In this document: one piece after another, positions 18,913 to 29,800 of the stretch | Layout: every line of letters begins with the position of its first letter | Position numbering within the stretch: position 1 is the first letter of the stretch | Origin: a bacterium | Lineage (GTDB): Bacteria; UBA10199; 2-02-FULL-50-16; JAJFLM01 | DNA: 64,000 bases | Assembly: GCA_965216315.1 (NCBI GenBank) | Contig: CBDCFN010000016.1 | Coordinates: 1,056,001-1,120,000 of the forward strand | Direction: 5' to 3' | Notes under the pieces: model-generated | Told to the model about the DNA's origin: nothing | What the model saw: the letters and a program-made list of their open reading frames with translations, nothing else | Databases searched by the model: none | Position numbers and translations under genes: made by a program

Positions 18913-20298
18913 ATGGGGACGCAGGCTAGTAAATTTGGACGGATCGTGCGGGTTTTTTGCATGGCCTTGGCATGCGCCGGTTTCTTAGAGGCATGTGGTG
19001 GCGCCGGCGCTTCGCCGCCCGTTTCAATACCTGCTCCCGTAGCGGGATTAATCTCTATTACGAGCCCGAGTGATGCAGGCCAAGTTCGCCTGGCCGGGGC
19101 TGCGGGTGCCGCGCAAGATGGCGCGACCTTAACGGTATCTTTCCCGAGCGGCACGTCTGGGTTCAAGACACAAGATACGGTGACGACGACGGTAGCTACC
19201 AGCAGCGGTTCTTTCGGTGCAGATTTTGGCGCGGGAATCGGGGATACCTTTGAGGTGACACAGACAGTCGGTGGCGAAACGAGTCCTCCGATTACCGTGA
19301 CGGTGATTGAGGGTCGTCCCCTGCTGAGTTCCATTCCGCTCGGGACGGCGACTTCGGAATCTTTCAGTATTGGGTGTGCACTTTTTATTTCCGGTAGCGA
19401 TACAACACTTGGATGTTTCAGCCTTTCGACCTTTGCGGAGGCGGCGGTAACGGTAACGAGTTTTATTGGGAGTGATCTTGCGATCGATGATTTCAGCGGC
19501 GATTTTTATCTGATTGCCAATGCGTCGAGTGAGGCGATTGTTGTTGATGCCTTCGGTACCTTAAAAGGAGGGATTTTAGGGATTCCTTCTCCCTTGGCAG
19601 TCGCTGCGGATCAAGACTTGAATTTTGCTGTAGTCGTTCAGGATGATTCTTTTACCTCGATGACGATGATAGACAATACGGATTTCTTTACACCGGTGCT
19701 TGATGCGACGGCACTGATAACCCACCCTACGGATGGGGGAGCCACTCACGTTCGCTCTATAAGCGTTTCGGCAGATCACGACGGCCTTGATGAGGCGCGA
19801 TTCGCGGTACTCAGTGAATTTGATAATGGAGATACTATTTTTTCATTTGTAACGGCGACGCCTCCGCCGGGAGGCATACTGTCTGTTTCTTCTCAAGTTA
19901 ATTTAGGCTCAGCGCAGTTTGATTCAGTGAATCTCTTTAACGCGGCTACCGAGGCGGTTGTGAGTGATACGACAAATAATCAGATAATCCATTTGTCGGG
20001 ATTAAATTTTGCGACGCAAACTCCCATCAGTGTAGGATTGAATCCGCGTGGAATGGCCATCAGTGAGTCGCTCGCTTTTGCTTTTGTCTGTAACCGCGAT
20101 GATCATACGGTTTCAATAGTAGACTTGCTTTCAGATCAAGTCGTGGGCACGATGACGACGCTAAACGGAGTTGGGCTCGGTCCTACCGACATTGCGGTTA
20201 ATCCGAGTCCATTTATTGGAGTCATTTCAAATCAGACGGACTCAACGGCTACCTTATTCGATATAAATAACGTATTAACGGCTTTAGGCATCATTTGA
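18913..20298 (+). CDS. Lipoprotein with Ig-like and YncE/YVTN-like beta-propeller domains
   Basis: Lipobox LEA-C; repeats VGLNPRGMAI..VCNRDDHTVSIVD and VGLGPTDIAV. Confidence 0.75.
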   Translation: MGTQASKFGRIVRVFCMALACAGFLEACGGAGASPPVSIPAPVAGLISITSPSDAGQVRLAGAAGAAQDGATLTVSFPSGTSGFKTQDTVTTTVATSSGSFGADFGAGIGDTFEVTQTVGGETSPPITVTVIEGRPLLSSIPLGTATSESFSIGCALFISGSDTTLGCFSLSTFAEAAVTVTSFIGSDLAIDDFSGDFYLIANASSEAIVVDAFGTLKGGILGIPSPLAVAADQDLNFAVVVQDDSFTSMTMIDNTDFFTPVLDATALITHPTDGGATHVRSISVSADHDGLDEARFAVLSEFDNGDTIFSFVTATPPPGGILSVSSQVNLGSAQFDSVNLFNAATEAVVSDTTNNQIIHLSGLNFATQTPISVGLNPRGMAISESLAFAFVCNRDDHTVSIVDLLSDQVVGTMTTLNGVGLGPTDIAVNPSPFIGVISNQTDSTATLFDINNVLTALGII

Positions 20299-21197
20299 TG
20301 ACTAATTTTATTGGAGTGGATCTGGGCGGCACCCATTTGCGGGCCGCTCTTTGTGATTCCTCCGGGGTTGTCACTCATCGAATGCAACAAAGTATTGAGA
20401 CGAGTCGGGCGGCGGATGTGGTCGTCAGCAATATTGTGACTTTGCTCGCGGAGCTGGAAGAGAGAAGCGCTGCTGAGGTGGCTGCAATAGGGATTGGAGT
20501 GCCTGGAATTGTGAGCATGAGTGAGGGGACTGTTTATCAGTCACCCCACTTTCCGGATTGGTGTGAATACCCGTTGCGATCCGTATTAGAAGAGAAACTT
20601 ACCAAGCCCCTTTTTATTTCGAATGATGCTAATTGTCATGCTCTGGCTGAGTCGCAGTTTGGGGTGGCTTCGGATGTTGCTAATATGATGATGCTGACGT
20701 TGGGGACAGGAATCGGTGGTGGAATAGTTATCGCAGATGAATTGTTTACGGGTGACAAGGGCTTTGCGGCTGAATTTGGTCATATAGTCGTCGAATCAAG
20801 CGGAGTTCCTTGCAATTGCGGCGGGAAGGGGTGCCTTGAAATGTATGCCAGTGCCACGGGTTTAAGAAAAGAAACCGGGTTTGACCCGGATGTGCTTTAT
20901 GAACGTGCCTCAAGGGGTGATAAGGTTGCGCAAGCTATTTTCGAGAAGATGGGAGCTTATCTGGGCATAGGGATTGCCTCATTAGTGAATGCCTTAGGAA
21001 TTCATACAATTGTAATAGGCGGCGGAGTGAGTGCCGCATGGGATTTTTTCGCCGAAAATATGAATAAGGAGTTTGGAAGTCGCACCTATCACGAGACGGC
21101 GCGAATTACGCAAATTAGAAAGAGTCAATTGGGAGATAATTCCGGAATTCTGGGCGCAGCTTATGGTGCCTCAAGAGTTTTGCGTAAAGCCTCATAG
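20298..21197 (+). CDS. ROK family sugar kinase (glucokinase-like)
   Basis: GVDLGGT, NDAN, TLGTGIGGG, EFGH and CNCGGKGCLE motifs. ATG overlaps the upstream TGA. Confidence 0.92.
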   Translation: MTNFIGVDLGGTHLRAALCDSSGVVTHRMQQSIETSRAADVVVSNIVTLLAELEERSAAEVAAIGIGVPGIVSMSEGTVYQSPHFPDWCEYPLRSVLEEKLTKPLFISNDANCHALAESQFGVASDVANMMMLTLGTGIGGGIVIADELFTGDKGFAAEFGHIVVESSGVPCNCGGKGCLEMYASATGLRKETGFDPDVLYERASRGDKVAQAIFEKMGAYLGIGIASLVNALGIHTIVIGGGVSAAWDFFAENMNKEFGSRTYHETARITQIRKSQLGDNSGILGAAYGASRVLRKAS

Positions 21198-22000
21198 GCA
21201 TTTTGGTTGGGTTTCATAAACCCTTTCATGCGGAGCTCGTGAAGGATTTCTTTTCCTTCTTCATCATTGGGCATTGCCATTAAAAGAGAAACAAACTTAT
21301 CGTGAGGAAAGCCTTTTTTCCAATCCTCAAATAATATCAGTGGAGGTGCAGGTAGTTTAGGGCTACTGGATACTGGCTTGAGTTGCCTTGACCAATCGGT
21401 CTTGATTTTTTCTAGCACTTTAGCTTCGTAGGCGTTGATGAGTATGGCGGCGGCTATTTCACCTTGCCCGATTTTCTTGAGGGTGCGAAGGGCCTGCGGA
21501 GCATACTCGAGCTTAACAGTACTGTGCTGAGGCGTGTTACGGAGAATGATTTTTCTTACAAAATCTTCTGTAAGCGGTTCAGAAAGATATAATTTTTCTA
21601 TCGTTTTGTTGGCTGAGTTTTTTAGGATCGTGTACTGATTGCTGCCGTCTCCTGCAGGTTGCTTGCGCGTCTGAGCCAGCAATGATAGAGAATGCTTAGT
21701 TGATAAGTGGATGTACCCTTCAAGGCTGAGGATGGCGACGGCCGGTTTTATTTTTTTGAGTTTTATATCAGAGGTGATGGCATCATTGTGATAAACAGCC
21801 TCCAGCTTGACGGGAAGGCCACGCTCAGTCAGATAGTTCATCCAGTCTTCAAGCAAAGGAGCTGCTTGTGATGAGGACCCTTCGGCGCCGGGATACCATA
21901 GGAGAAATTTGTAGGTACTCGCCCAAGTAGGCCGAGCGCCCATGATTAATAAGAAGGATATTATGAAGAAGCAGCTACGAATTTTTATCATAGTGGCCAT
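21161..22000 (-). CDS. Secreted PhnD/SsuA-type substrate-binding-like protein
   Basis: Signal peptide (PTWA|S). GEIAAAIL, SSPKLPAPP and EGKEILHELRMKGF resemble the phosphonate-binding family pattern. No ABC permease lies nearby. Confidence 0.6.
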   Translation of the reverse strand: MATMIKIRSCFFIISFLLIMGARPTWASTYKFLLWYPGAEGSSSQAAPLLEDWMNYLTERGLPVKLEAVYHNDAITSDIKLKKIKPAVAILSLEGYIHLSTKHSLSLLAQTRKQPAGDGSNQYTILKNSANKTIEKLYLSEPLTEDFVRKIILRNTPQHSTVKLEYAPQALRTLKKIGQGEIAAAILINAYEAKVLEKIKTDWSRQLKPVSSSPKLPAPPLILFEDWKKGFPHDKFVSLLMAMPNDEEGKEILHELRMKGFMKPNQNAYEALRKTLEAP

Positions 22001-23690
22001 GTTGTTTCTTGATATTGTCTGTCTGTCAAGTCAACTAACGGCTTCAGTTCCAAAATTTCATTCTCAACTTGATGCGGTGGATCAGGCCCTTGCTAAAGGG
22101 TTGATCCGACCCTCTGAAGCCGCCTATCAGAAAACATACTTTTTAACCGCCGATCCCCGTTATGATTCGGCAAAATATGGTCCGCGACCGTCGTCAAATA
22201 ATAATATGGTTTATGACTGTTCGGCAACCATAATGGTGAGGCAACAGGATCAATGGCGTCGCAAAGAGCGGGATCTTGACCCTTATGGTCTGCTTTGGAA
22301 ATCTTGGCTCGAGGAAGCCGATCGTATTCGAAAATTAAGCGATGCACGGATTCGAGGGCAAATTAGTGGTGTACCTATTAAGATTCTTGCACCGCGAGGG
22401 CGGCTGCACGCGAAAGCGGCGCCTTTTAAGCGGATTAGTGCAAGCCTAGCTGGATTTATCGCCCAATTTAACAAACCTTTAAGTGTATGGGCAAAAGATG
22501 TCTTTGGTGATGATAAAATAAAACCATGGACGTCCTCATTAGCCTGGCCGCCGGACTTCCTCCAGGATCGATTGCCTTATCTGCATAGCTATTTTGATTC
22601 ACATCCCGTATTCGATGCAGGCAGGACAAAGCAATGGGGGCGGCCGCTTTCGATGTTTTTAGGAGCGGTTGGGGCTAATAACAAGGATGGTGCTTTCAAA
22701 ACATCGCAGCCAAGCTGGACGTGGGTTGTCTCAGATCGCATTGAGCGGAATGCCTTGCTTTGGGACGGTGAGGGTCGAAGTATATTATTTTTGTCGATGC
22801 CCTGTTTGGATCGCGTGATTCAGTCTCAGTGGATACGCCAGCATACATGGACAAAAGCGCTCAATGAAATGGTATTGCATGAAATTCTACTGACTTATTA
22901 TCTCAATAATCGACCCCAATCGTTCATGCGTGATCCGAATATGGATGCGGTAGTCCAAGGGATTGCGCAGAATTTTCTGCCTCAATCAGGCTTGCAGTAC
23001 AGTCAGGGTCCATTCTTTAAGGCGATGGGGGAATTTAGTCTGTCAAATGATTCTCGTACGGATTACGGACGCTATTGGAGTTCACCTCTATGGAATTTTT
23101 TCTATCGGGTCAATGGCCCCGAATTTGTAAGAGACTATCTGAAGGTTGGGCGTCGACCAGAGCAGTATCTTAAGAGGGCAATGCGACGTAACAATAAGAA
23201 AGGAATCTCCTATCAAAGCTTTATTGCTTGGGCACTAGGTCTTGATGACATGCCGGCATCTCTGCGGGCGAATATTCCTTCGGTACGTTCTGTTGCAGGC
23301 ACTGTTTTGCCCCAAGATATTGAACTAAAGCCTATTGTTCCGCCTAAAGGGACAATAGGTGCGGCGACGTCGCCCTTTAAGGCGCAATCATTCCGACTTT
23401 TTCGAGTGCCAATCAAGAGTTCTAGAAAGGTAGCCGCACTAAATTTAAGGTGGCAGCCCGTGGCACCACAATTAGATGGCCACCTTTTTTTAGTAGATAA
23501 CGCTGATAAACATAATGCAAAATATTTGGCTTACACCTCAGTCAAGCCTGGAACCGTCCAGCAAATTTTTCTAGATCCTGTGCGCCCTCCGACGGAGGCC
23601 TTGTTTGTTGTTGTCAATCCAAGTAGTAAAAACTACCCCGGAAAAGATCTGCAATTGCAGGTGAGTATTGTTGAAGTGCCGGAAAGTTAG
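21963..23690 (+). CDS. Secreted hypothetical protein, possibly a degenerate zinc-peptidase fold
   Basis: Long ORF with a signal-like N-terminus and HEILL where a zincin would have HExxH. Start uncertain (21942, 21963 or 21999). Confidence 0.6.
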   Translation: MKKQLRIFIIVAMLFLDIVCLSSQLTASVPKFHSQLDAVDQALAKGLIRPSEAAYQKTYFLTADPRYDSAKYGPRPSSNNNMVYDCSATIMVRQQDQWRRKERDLDPYGLLWKSWLEEADRIRKLSDARIRGQISGVPIKILAPRGRLHAKAAPFKRISASLAGFIAQFNKPLSVWAKDVFGDDKIKPWTSSLAWPPDFLQDRLPYLHSYFDSHPVFDAGRTKQWGRPLSMFLGAVGANNKDGAFKTSQPSWTWVVSDRIERNALLWDGEGRSILFLSMPCLDRVIQSQWIRQHTWTKALNEMVLHEILLTYYLNNRPQSFMRDPNMDAVVQGIAQNFLPQSGLQYSQGPFFKAMGEFSLSNDSRTDYGRYWSSPLWNFFYRVNGPEFVRDYLKVGRRPEQYLKRAMRRNNKKGISYQSFIAWALGLDDMPASLRANIPSVRSVAGTVLPQDIELKPIVPPKGTIGAATSPFKAQSFRLFRVPIKSSRKVAALNLRWQPVAPQLDGHLFLVDNADKHNAKYLAYTSVKPGTVQQIFLDPVRPPTEALFVVVNPSSKNYPGKDLQLQVSIVEVPES

Positions 23691-26600
23691 CTCTTATAGC
23701 ATATTGCATATAATGAGGGGATCAGCAGTAGCGTGCCGATTGTTGCGACGATGATGCCCGCGGCAAGCGAGAGAACTATCGGAACGATGAACGGTTCATA
23801 TCCTCCAAAGCCATATATCGTTGGAATGAGTCCGGCAACCGTTGTGATAGTTGTAAGGATGACCGGGCGCAAACGCGTAATCGATCCGGATATGAGATCA
23901 TCCCGACTTATTTTTTTACTGCTGCCTCGAAGCGCATTGAGATGCGTGACCATTACCAGTGAATCGTTGACGATAACCCCGATCAGGCCCAATGATCCGA
24001 CGAGTGCAAGAAAGCTCAGCGGAAGACCATGCAGATAGAATCCAAAAATGACTCCTGCTAAGCCAACCGGGATTGAAACCATAATCAGCAGTGGCTGAAA
24101 GAAGGACTCAAGAAGTATGGTTAATAGAAAGTAGATGCCTATCATCGCACAGATGAAGGCCCACAAAAAGCTTTGCATGCTTTCTTGAGTCGCTTTTTCT
24201 TCACCTCCAAAAATCATGCGGAGGCCCGGCTGGGATTGGGCTTTTTTACTAAATTCTTTGCGGAGTAAGGCATTTATTTCAGTGGCCGTTGAAATGCTGG
24301 TATCGACATCACCGGTGATTGTAATCGAACGCCTGCCATTATAATGTTTAATCGATTCAATGCCGTCAGTGGGCACAAGTTTGCTAAAGCTGGCTAGTCG
24401 AATTAATTTTCCATTATCATTGGGAATTTTCAGGTTGAGGAGTATGTCTGTGCTACTGCGTTGCTCCGGAAGCAGTTGAACTCTGAAATCTATTTCTTCG
24501 CCTTCGCGGATGAGGTCCGAGGCGACGACTCCATCATAAGCGGCTCTAATGGTGCTGGCAACTTCACGAACAGTGATGCCCACACTTGCCATTTCGTCGT
24601 AGTCCAGACTTAATCTCAATTCCTCTTTTCCCGGCTTTAGATCTATATCCAGCGATTGGACTCCCTTAACGTCTTGTAAATAAGTAAAAGCCTCCTGGGC
24701 AAACTTTTCCAGAATTTCTTGGTCGTCACTTACGAATGTTAATGTGATCGGTTTGCCTATCGGCGGCCCGTCATAATATTTTTCCAGGTATAGCTTTCTA
24801 AACCCTTTTATTGGTTTAATTTTGGTGTCCAATTCAGCCATAATCGTTTCGCTGGTTCTTTCTCGCTCACCAGCAGGCTTCAGAAATACCTGAATGAGAG
24901 CCCAGTTCTCACGCAGGCCTGCACTTTCACCGTAGACATCCATGTCGTGATGGCCAATGCGAGTGGTAAAATTAACCATTTCCGTCCGTGGAATTTTAGC
25001 AATCAGGTTTTCAACGGGCATAATTTTTTCAGTTGTCCCCTCGATACTGGTACCCTCATCCAGCTCCGCAACGACGTAAAACATATCTATGTCTGTGTAG
25101 GGGAAAAGGACGAATTTCATTCCAAATATATAAAGACAGAGGGCGAGAGCCGGAACGATACTGATGCTCGCTGCTATTTTCTTTGGATGCTTCAATACAA
25201 AATCAAGTACTTTTCGGTAAATGAACTGAATGCGCAATAAGCGGTCATGCGCCTTGCTGAGTCGAAGGGGACTATGGGCTATATGTGAGGGAAGTAAGGT
25301 GATAGCTTCTAGAAGGCTGAGTAGTAGAGCCAAGATAACGATGACCGGTATTTGGCGTACAAACTTTCCAGTAATGCCCACCATAAAAAACATAGGGACA
25401 AACGCAAGTATTGTAGTGGCGACTGTTGTCGTGACGGGCCAAACTAACTCCCGGACGCCTTTGAGCGCGGCCTCACGTCCGGATAATCCGGCTTCACGGT
25501 GACGCGTTATGTTTTCACCGATGACAATGGCGTCATCAACCACGATACCGATGACAATGATCATGGTTATTAATGAGATGAAATTGATATCGATGTCTAA
25601 TAGGGGGAAGAAAATGATCGCACCGAGTATGGAGATGGGGATGCCTGCAGCCACCCATAGTGCAGAGTAGCGATCTAAGGATAGAACCAGGACGAGTAAG
25701 ACAAGAAAAAAACCAATGAGCGCGTTACTCTTAACGATGCCGAGGACATTCTCGGTATAGTGAGAGAAGTCACTGACAATCGAAATGTTAATGTCTTTGG
25801 GGACTGTTTTCTTAAAGTCAGTGATAAGCTGTTTGATAGTGGCGCTGATATCGATAATATCACTGCTGCCGTGGCTGCGCACGAGGAGGTTGATGCTAGT
25901 TTCCCCATTGGTACGTGGTTTGACCTGATAATCTTCGTAAGTGCTCTCTATGCGTCCGATATCTTCGAGTGTAATATGATCCCCTTCAAAATTACTGCGC
26001 ACAATAACCTTGCCCACGTCTAATGGGTTTTCAAACTCTGAAAATGTAACGATCTTCTTTTCTGCGATAAATGATTCCAGGTTGCCACCCGAGACGCGAA
26101 TATTGCGATCTTTGATCGAGCGAATCACTTCATTAAATGAAACATAATTATCGGATAACTTATTGGCATCGACTTGTATTTTGACCTCGCGTTTACGGTA
26201 GCCGACTTTTTCGACTGACATAACGCCTTTGATCGTCTGGATGGCGTCTTCTAGGTCGCGCGAAACCTTGCGTAACATCCTTTCAGGAGCTGCTCCTGAA
26301 ACGGCAAGTTCCAAGACAGGAACATTCGCGGATCGTAGCTCTTCAACTTCCGGTTTTTCCGTAACAGCGGGGGGAAGATCTGTTACTCGGTCGACAGCGC
26401 GCCGAATATCACTCTTTACCTCCTCCATGTCATCAGCATCACTGTCGACGAAGACATAAATGAGAGAAATATTTTCCAATGATGTCGATTTAATTTTTTC
26501 AATGCCATTCACGCTTTCCAGCTCGTCTTCGATTTTTTCAGTGACATTAACCTCGACGTCGCGAGCCGATGCACCGCGATATGTCGTCGTGATTTTAAGG

Positions 26601-26731
26601 ATGTCAAAGTGCACTGTCGGGTAGGTGGCGCGTTTTAGGTTGAAGAGGGTTAATCCGCCAACGAGCAGAATCATGATCATGACAAGGTTGGCAGTAATCG
26701 GTTTGCGGAGGAAATAGTCAGTGAGTTTCAT
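23687..26731 (-). CDS. RND efflux permease (AcrB family)
   Basis: GIVVDDAIVIGENI, RLRPVILTTITT and two 6-TM halves with large periplasmic loops. Confidence 0.93.
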   Translation of the reverse strand: MKLTDYFLRKPITANLVMIMILLVGGLTLFNLKRATYPTVHFDILKITTTYRGASARDVEVNVTEKIEDELESVNGIEKIKSTSLENISLIYVFVDSDADDMEEVKSDIRRAVDRVTDLPPAVTEKPEVEELRSANVPVLELAVSGAAPERMLRKVSRDLEDAIQTIKGVMSVEKVGYRKREVKIQVDANKLSDNYVSFNEVIRSIKDRNIRVSGGNLESFIAEKKIVTFSEFENPLDVGKVIVRSNFEGDHITLEDIGRIESTYEDYQVKPRTNGETSINLLVRSHGSSDIIDISATIKQLITDFKKTVPKDINISIVSDFSHYTENVLGIVKSNALIGFFLVLLVLVLSLDRYSALWVAAGIPISILGAIIFFPLLDIDINFISLITMIIVIGIVVDDAIVIGENITRHREAGLSGREAALKGVRELVWPVTTTVATTILAFVPMFFMVGITGKFVRQIPVIVILALLLSLLEAITLLPSHIAHSPLRLSKAHDRLLRIQFIYRKVLDFVLKHPKKIAASISIVPALALCLYIFGMKFVLFPYTDIDMFYVVAELDEGTSIEGTTEKIMPVENLIAKIPRTEMVNFTTRIGHHDMDVYGESAGLRENWALIQVFLKPAGERERTSETIMAELDTKIKPIKGFRKLYLEKYYDGPPIGKPITLTFVSDDQEILEKFAQEAFTYLQDVKGVQSLDIDLKPGKEELRLSLDYDEMASVGITVREVASTIRAAYDGVVASDLIREGEEIDFRVQLLPEQRSSTDILLNLKIPNDNGKLIRLASFSKLVPTDGIESIKHYNGRRSITITGDVDTSISTATEINALLRKEFSKKAQSQPGLRMIFGGEEKATQESMQSFLWAFICAMIGIYFLLTILLESFFQPLLIMVSIPVGLAGVIFGFYLHGLPLSFLALVGSLGLIGVIVNDSLVMVTHLNALRGSSKKISRDDLISGSITRLRPVILTTITTVAGLIPTIYGFGGYEPFIVPIVLSLAAGIIVATIGTLLLIPSLYAICYKS

Positions 26732-26866
26732 TGGTTAGGCCAAGGTATCAGGCTTAGCAAGGGAGCTCAAGTTGAGTGCACGGGGGAATCATGACAGAGC
26801 TTAAATAAGAAGATCAAAAAATATCAATAATAACATGATGTTATGCCCTTAGTTTTATTGAGTCAT

Positions 26867-26883
26867 CTGGCACCTTTTTTGCT
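26867..26883 (+). promoter_or_regulatory. Sigma54 (-24/-12) promoter
   Basis: CTGGCACCTTTTTTGCT, i.e. TGGCAC-N5-TTGCT, in an AT-rich intergenic region. Confidence 0.82.
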
Positions 26884-26896
26884 AAAATAATAAATT

Positions 26897-29800
26897 GTGA
26901 GTGTGGTGCGACTTGAACTCAGACGGTATCGACGACCTGCCTGGGCCGTTGTTGTTACTGTTATAACATTTTTTCTCTGTGCCCCTGTTTTTGCGGCGAC
27001 CCTTCAAGTCGATATGAAAGATCCTGACTGTGGTCAGGTTAACAAGCCCTATTGTAAAATCGAAAACGCAATCAATAACTCAGCCGCTGGAGATACAATT
27101 GAGATTGCCTCCGGCATCTATATAGAAAACGTCATGGTTGGGCACGATCTGACGATTAACGGCGAAGACCGAGATACAACCATCGTTGACGGGAACAATG
27201 TTACCTATGGCGCTCGTTTTGCCCCTTCAACGACAGTCACTGTCAACAATATGACTTTTCGCAACGGGAAGTATTCGCGTGGTGCGGGGATTTATACGTA
27301 TGCGCAACAATTAACGCTGAATAACGTGGCACTCAAACACAACAGTGCGGACGTCAATGGCGGGGCGATCCAGTTTGAACGAGGCAATCTCACTATCAAT
27401 GATTCCATTATTGAGCGCAATCGTGCCAGCGAATTCGGTGGGGCGATCTATGTCCATCCGGATGCAACATTGCTGACGATCAATAATAGCAAGATTCGGC
27501 ATAACAATGCCGGCGTCGAGGGGGGAGCTATTTTCCATCAGGGTGAGAAAGTTAAGCTAGATAAAGGAACGCGCATTCAGGGCAATAAGGCCATCCAGGA
27601 TGGTGGGGCCCTCTTTGTACATCAAGAGGCGGATGACCTGGAAATTCATGATAGCTCTATTCTATTCAATCGTACTGAAAAGCGCGGTGGGGCGATGTTT
27701 TTACACGGTGGCAATGTGACGATTAAGGGCAGTCATATTAATCATAATACGGCCCTTGGGCAGGGGATCAATCAGAATGGTGGTGGCGCTATTTATGCCA
27801 ATGGAAGTCAGATGAATATAGATAATACGGTAATTAGCGGCAACCGAACCGAAGGTTCCGGTGGAGGAATTTTGCTGCGCGCCAGTGGTGATCTTGTGAT
27901 CACAAATAGTGTCCTAAGCTATAATTATGCCGGATTCAACGGTGGCGGTTTTGATCTCGCCTTGCAAGGAACGACACTTGATGCCCGCAATGTGACGATT
28001 AGCGGGAATGCGGCCAAAAAGCGTGGCGGCGGTCTTTTTAGTAATAATCACGTCCACTCGAAACTTAATAACGTGACGATCACGAAAAATATTGCGGCCG
28101 CAGTCAACGATCCGGATGGGCATGGCGGCGGTATTTACCTCTTTAGTATGCCGAACAATGATAAGCTCGTCTTTGAAATGAGCAATACGATCGTTGCGGG
28201 GAACAAGAGCTTGATCAATAGTGGTAACGATTGTCTGACGGCGGCGACAAAGCTCAAATCGTTGGGACATAACATTGTCGGTGATTTGGGCGCACAATGT
28301 ACGCTTGATCCCGCCGCTGGAGATCCGGCCTCGACGGATCAAACCGGTGTGCCTGATGTCATGTTAGGCGTATTGGCCGACAATGGGGGTCCGACACCAA
28401 CTCACGCACTACTGGAAGGGAGTCCGGCTATCGATAAGGGTAATAATGATAGCTGTGAGTCTGCAGATCAGCGCGGCTATGACCGACCTTTTGATGGTGA
28501 CGAGAATGGGGTGGCAGATTGCGATGTCGGGGCTTATGAATTTGGGGCGGAAGGCGACGGCGAGCCAGATGATGGCGGTGATCCCGGTGACACGCCTGCC
28601 GATGAAGGTGTTTTGCCGGGGCCTGATGGCGGAGCGGGTGACGGCGCAGGAGAAGCGAATGGCGCCAAAGAACTACTTGAGGTTCAAGGTGGCGGTTCTT
28701 GTGGTTGTGATATTCGAGGGGTCCAAGCCGCGCCGACGTGGATGCATGCGTGGCTTGCCTTGATGGGAGCCTTTTTTGCAGTGATAATCGGGCTTCGTTT
28801 TCGGAGGCATAAAGTCAAAGCGAGCTTGTTTCTGGTTGTTCTATCCCTCTTGGTCTGGAGTCAACATGTTGAAGCGGCGAGCACGCTCAAAGTTGACCGA
28901 TCTGACCTGAATTGTCAGGCGGCTGCTGAACCCTATTGCACGATCCAGGCGGCCATTGATGATGCGACGGCAGGGGATACTATCGAGATTGCTGCTGGGC
29001 TTTATTTCGAAAACCTCATCGTGCCTGACAACAAGGAACTTATTATTAAGGGGAAGGGTTATAGCCAAACAATTCTTGATGGACGCAACCTAGGGCCCGT
29101 CATTGAGCTTAAGACTTTTACGGATGTGGAAATTGAGGGTGTCACTCTCCGTCACGGTAAGGCTCCGTTTGGAGGGGGCATTATTACCGTGGGGGATGAT
29201 TTAGAAGTCCGTAATTCCGTGATTGCTTTTAATAGCGCAACCAATGTTTCGGGAGGGGGCATCTATTCGGCAGCGAATCTTGGTCGCTTAAAGCTCGTCA
29301 ATAGTACGGTGCACTACAACGCGGTAACGGGTCCCAATGGAAACGGAGGTGGCATCTATTGGAGCGGCATCGGTGGCGCTTTTCTCGATAAGACCCACGT
29401 TGTTGGGAATTATGGGGACGGAAATGGAGCGGGCGTTCATATCGCCTCCGGCGCTGCGCTGACGATGACTGAAGGCAAGATTGCAGCAAATCGTGCCGGT
29501 GATAATGGCGGGGGGCTCTTTCATGCTTCAACCGGTGAATTAAGCGTTAATAAGACCGTAATTCGGGAAAATCATGCAGGTTTGGCGGGCGCCGGCGTCT
29601 ACATCGGTAATCAAGTGACCGAGAGTAAGATTTTGCAGAGCCAAATCAAAGGCAATCATGTTAGTCAGTCGGATGGCGGCGGCATCCTTCATGGGGGAGG
29701 TAAGCTGACGCTTGTAGATACCGAAGTCAGCGGCAATCGCGCTGCAGAAGGAGCGGGTATTCGCGCCACGGCTAATCTCGATATTGAGAGAAGTACTATG

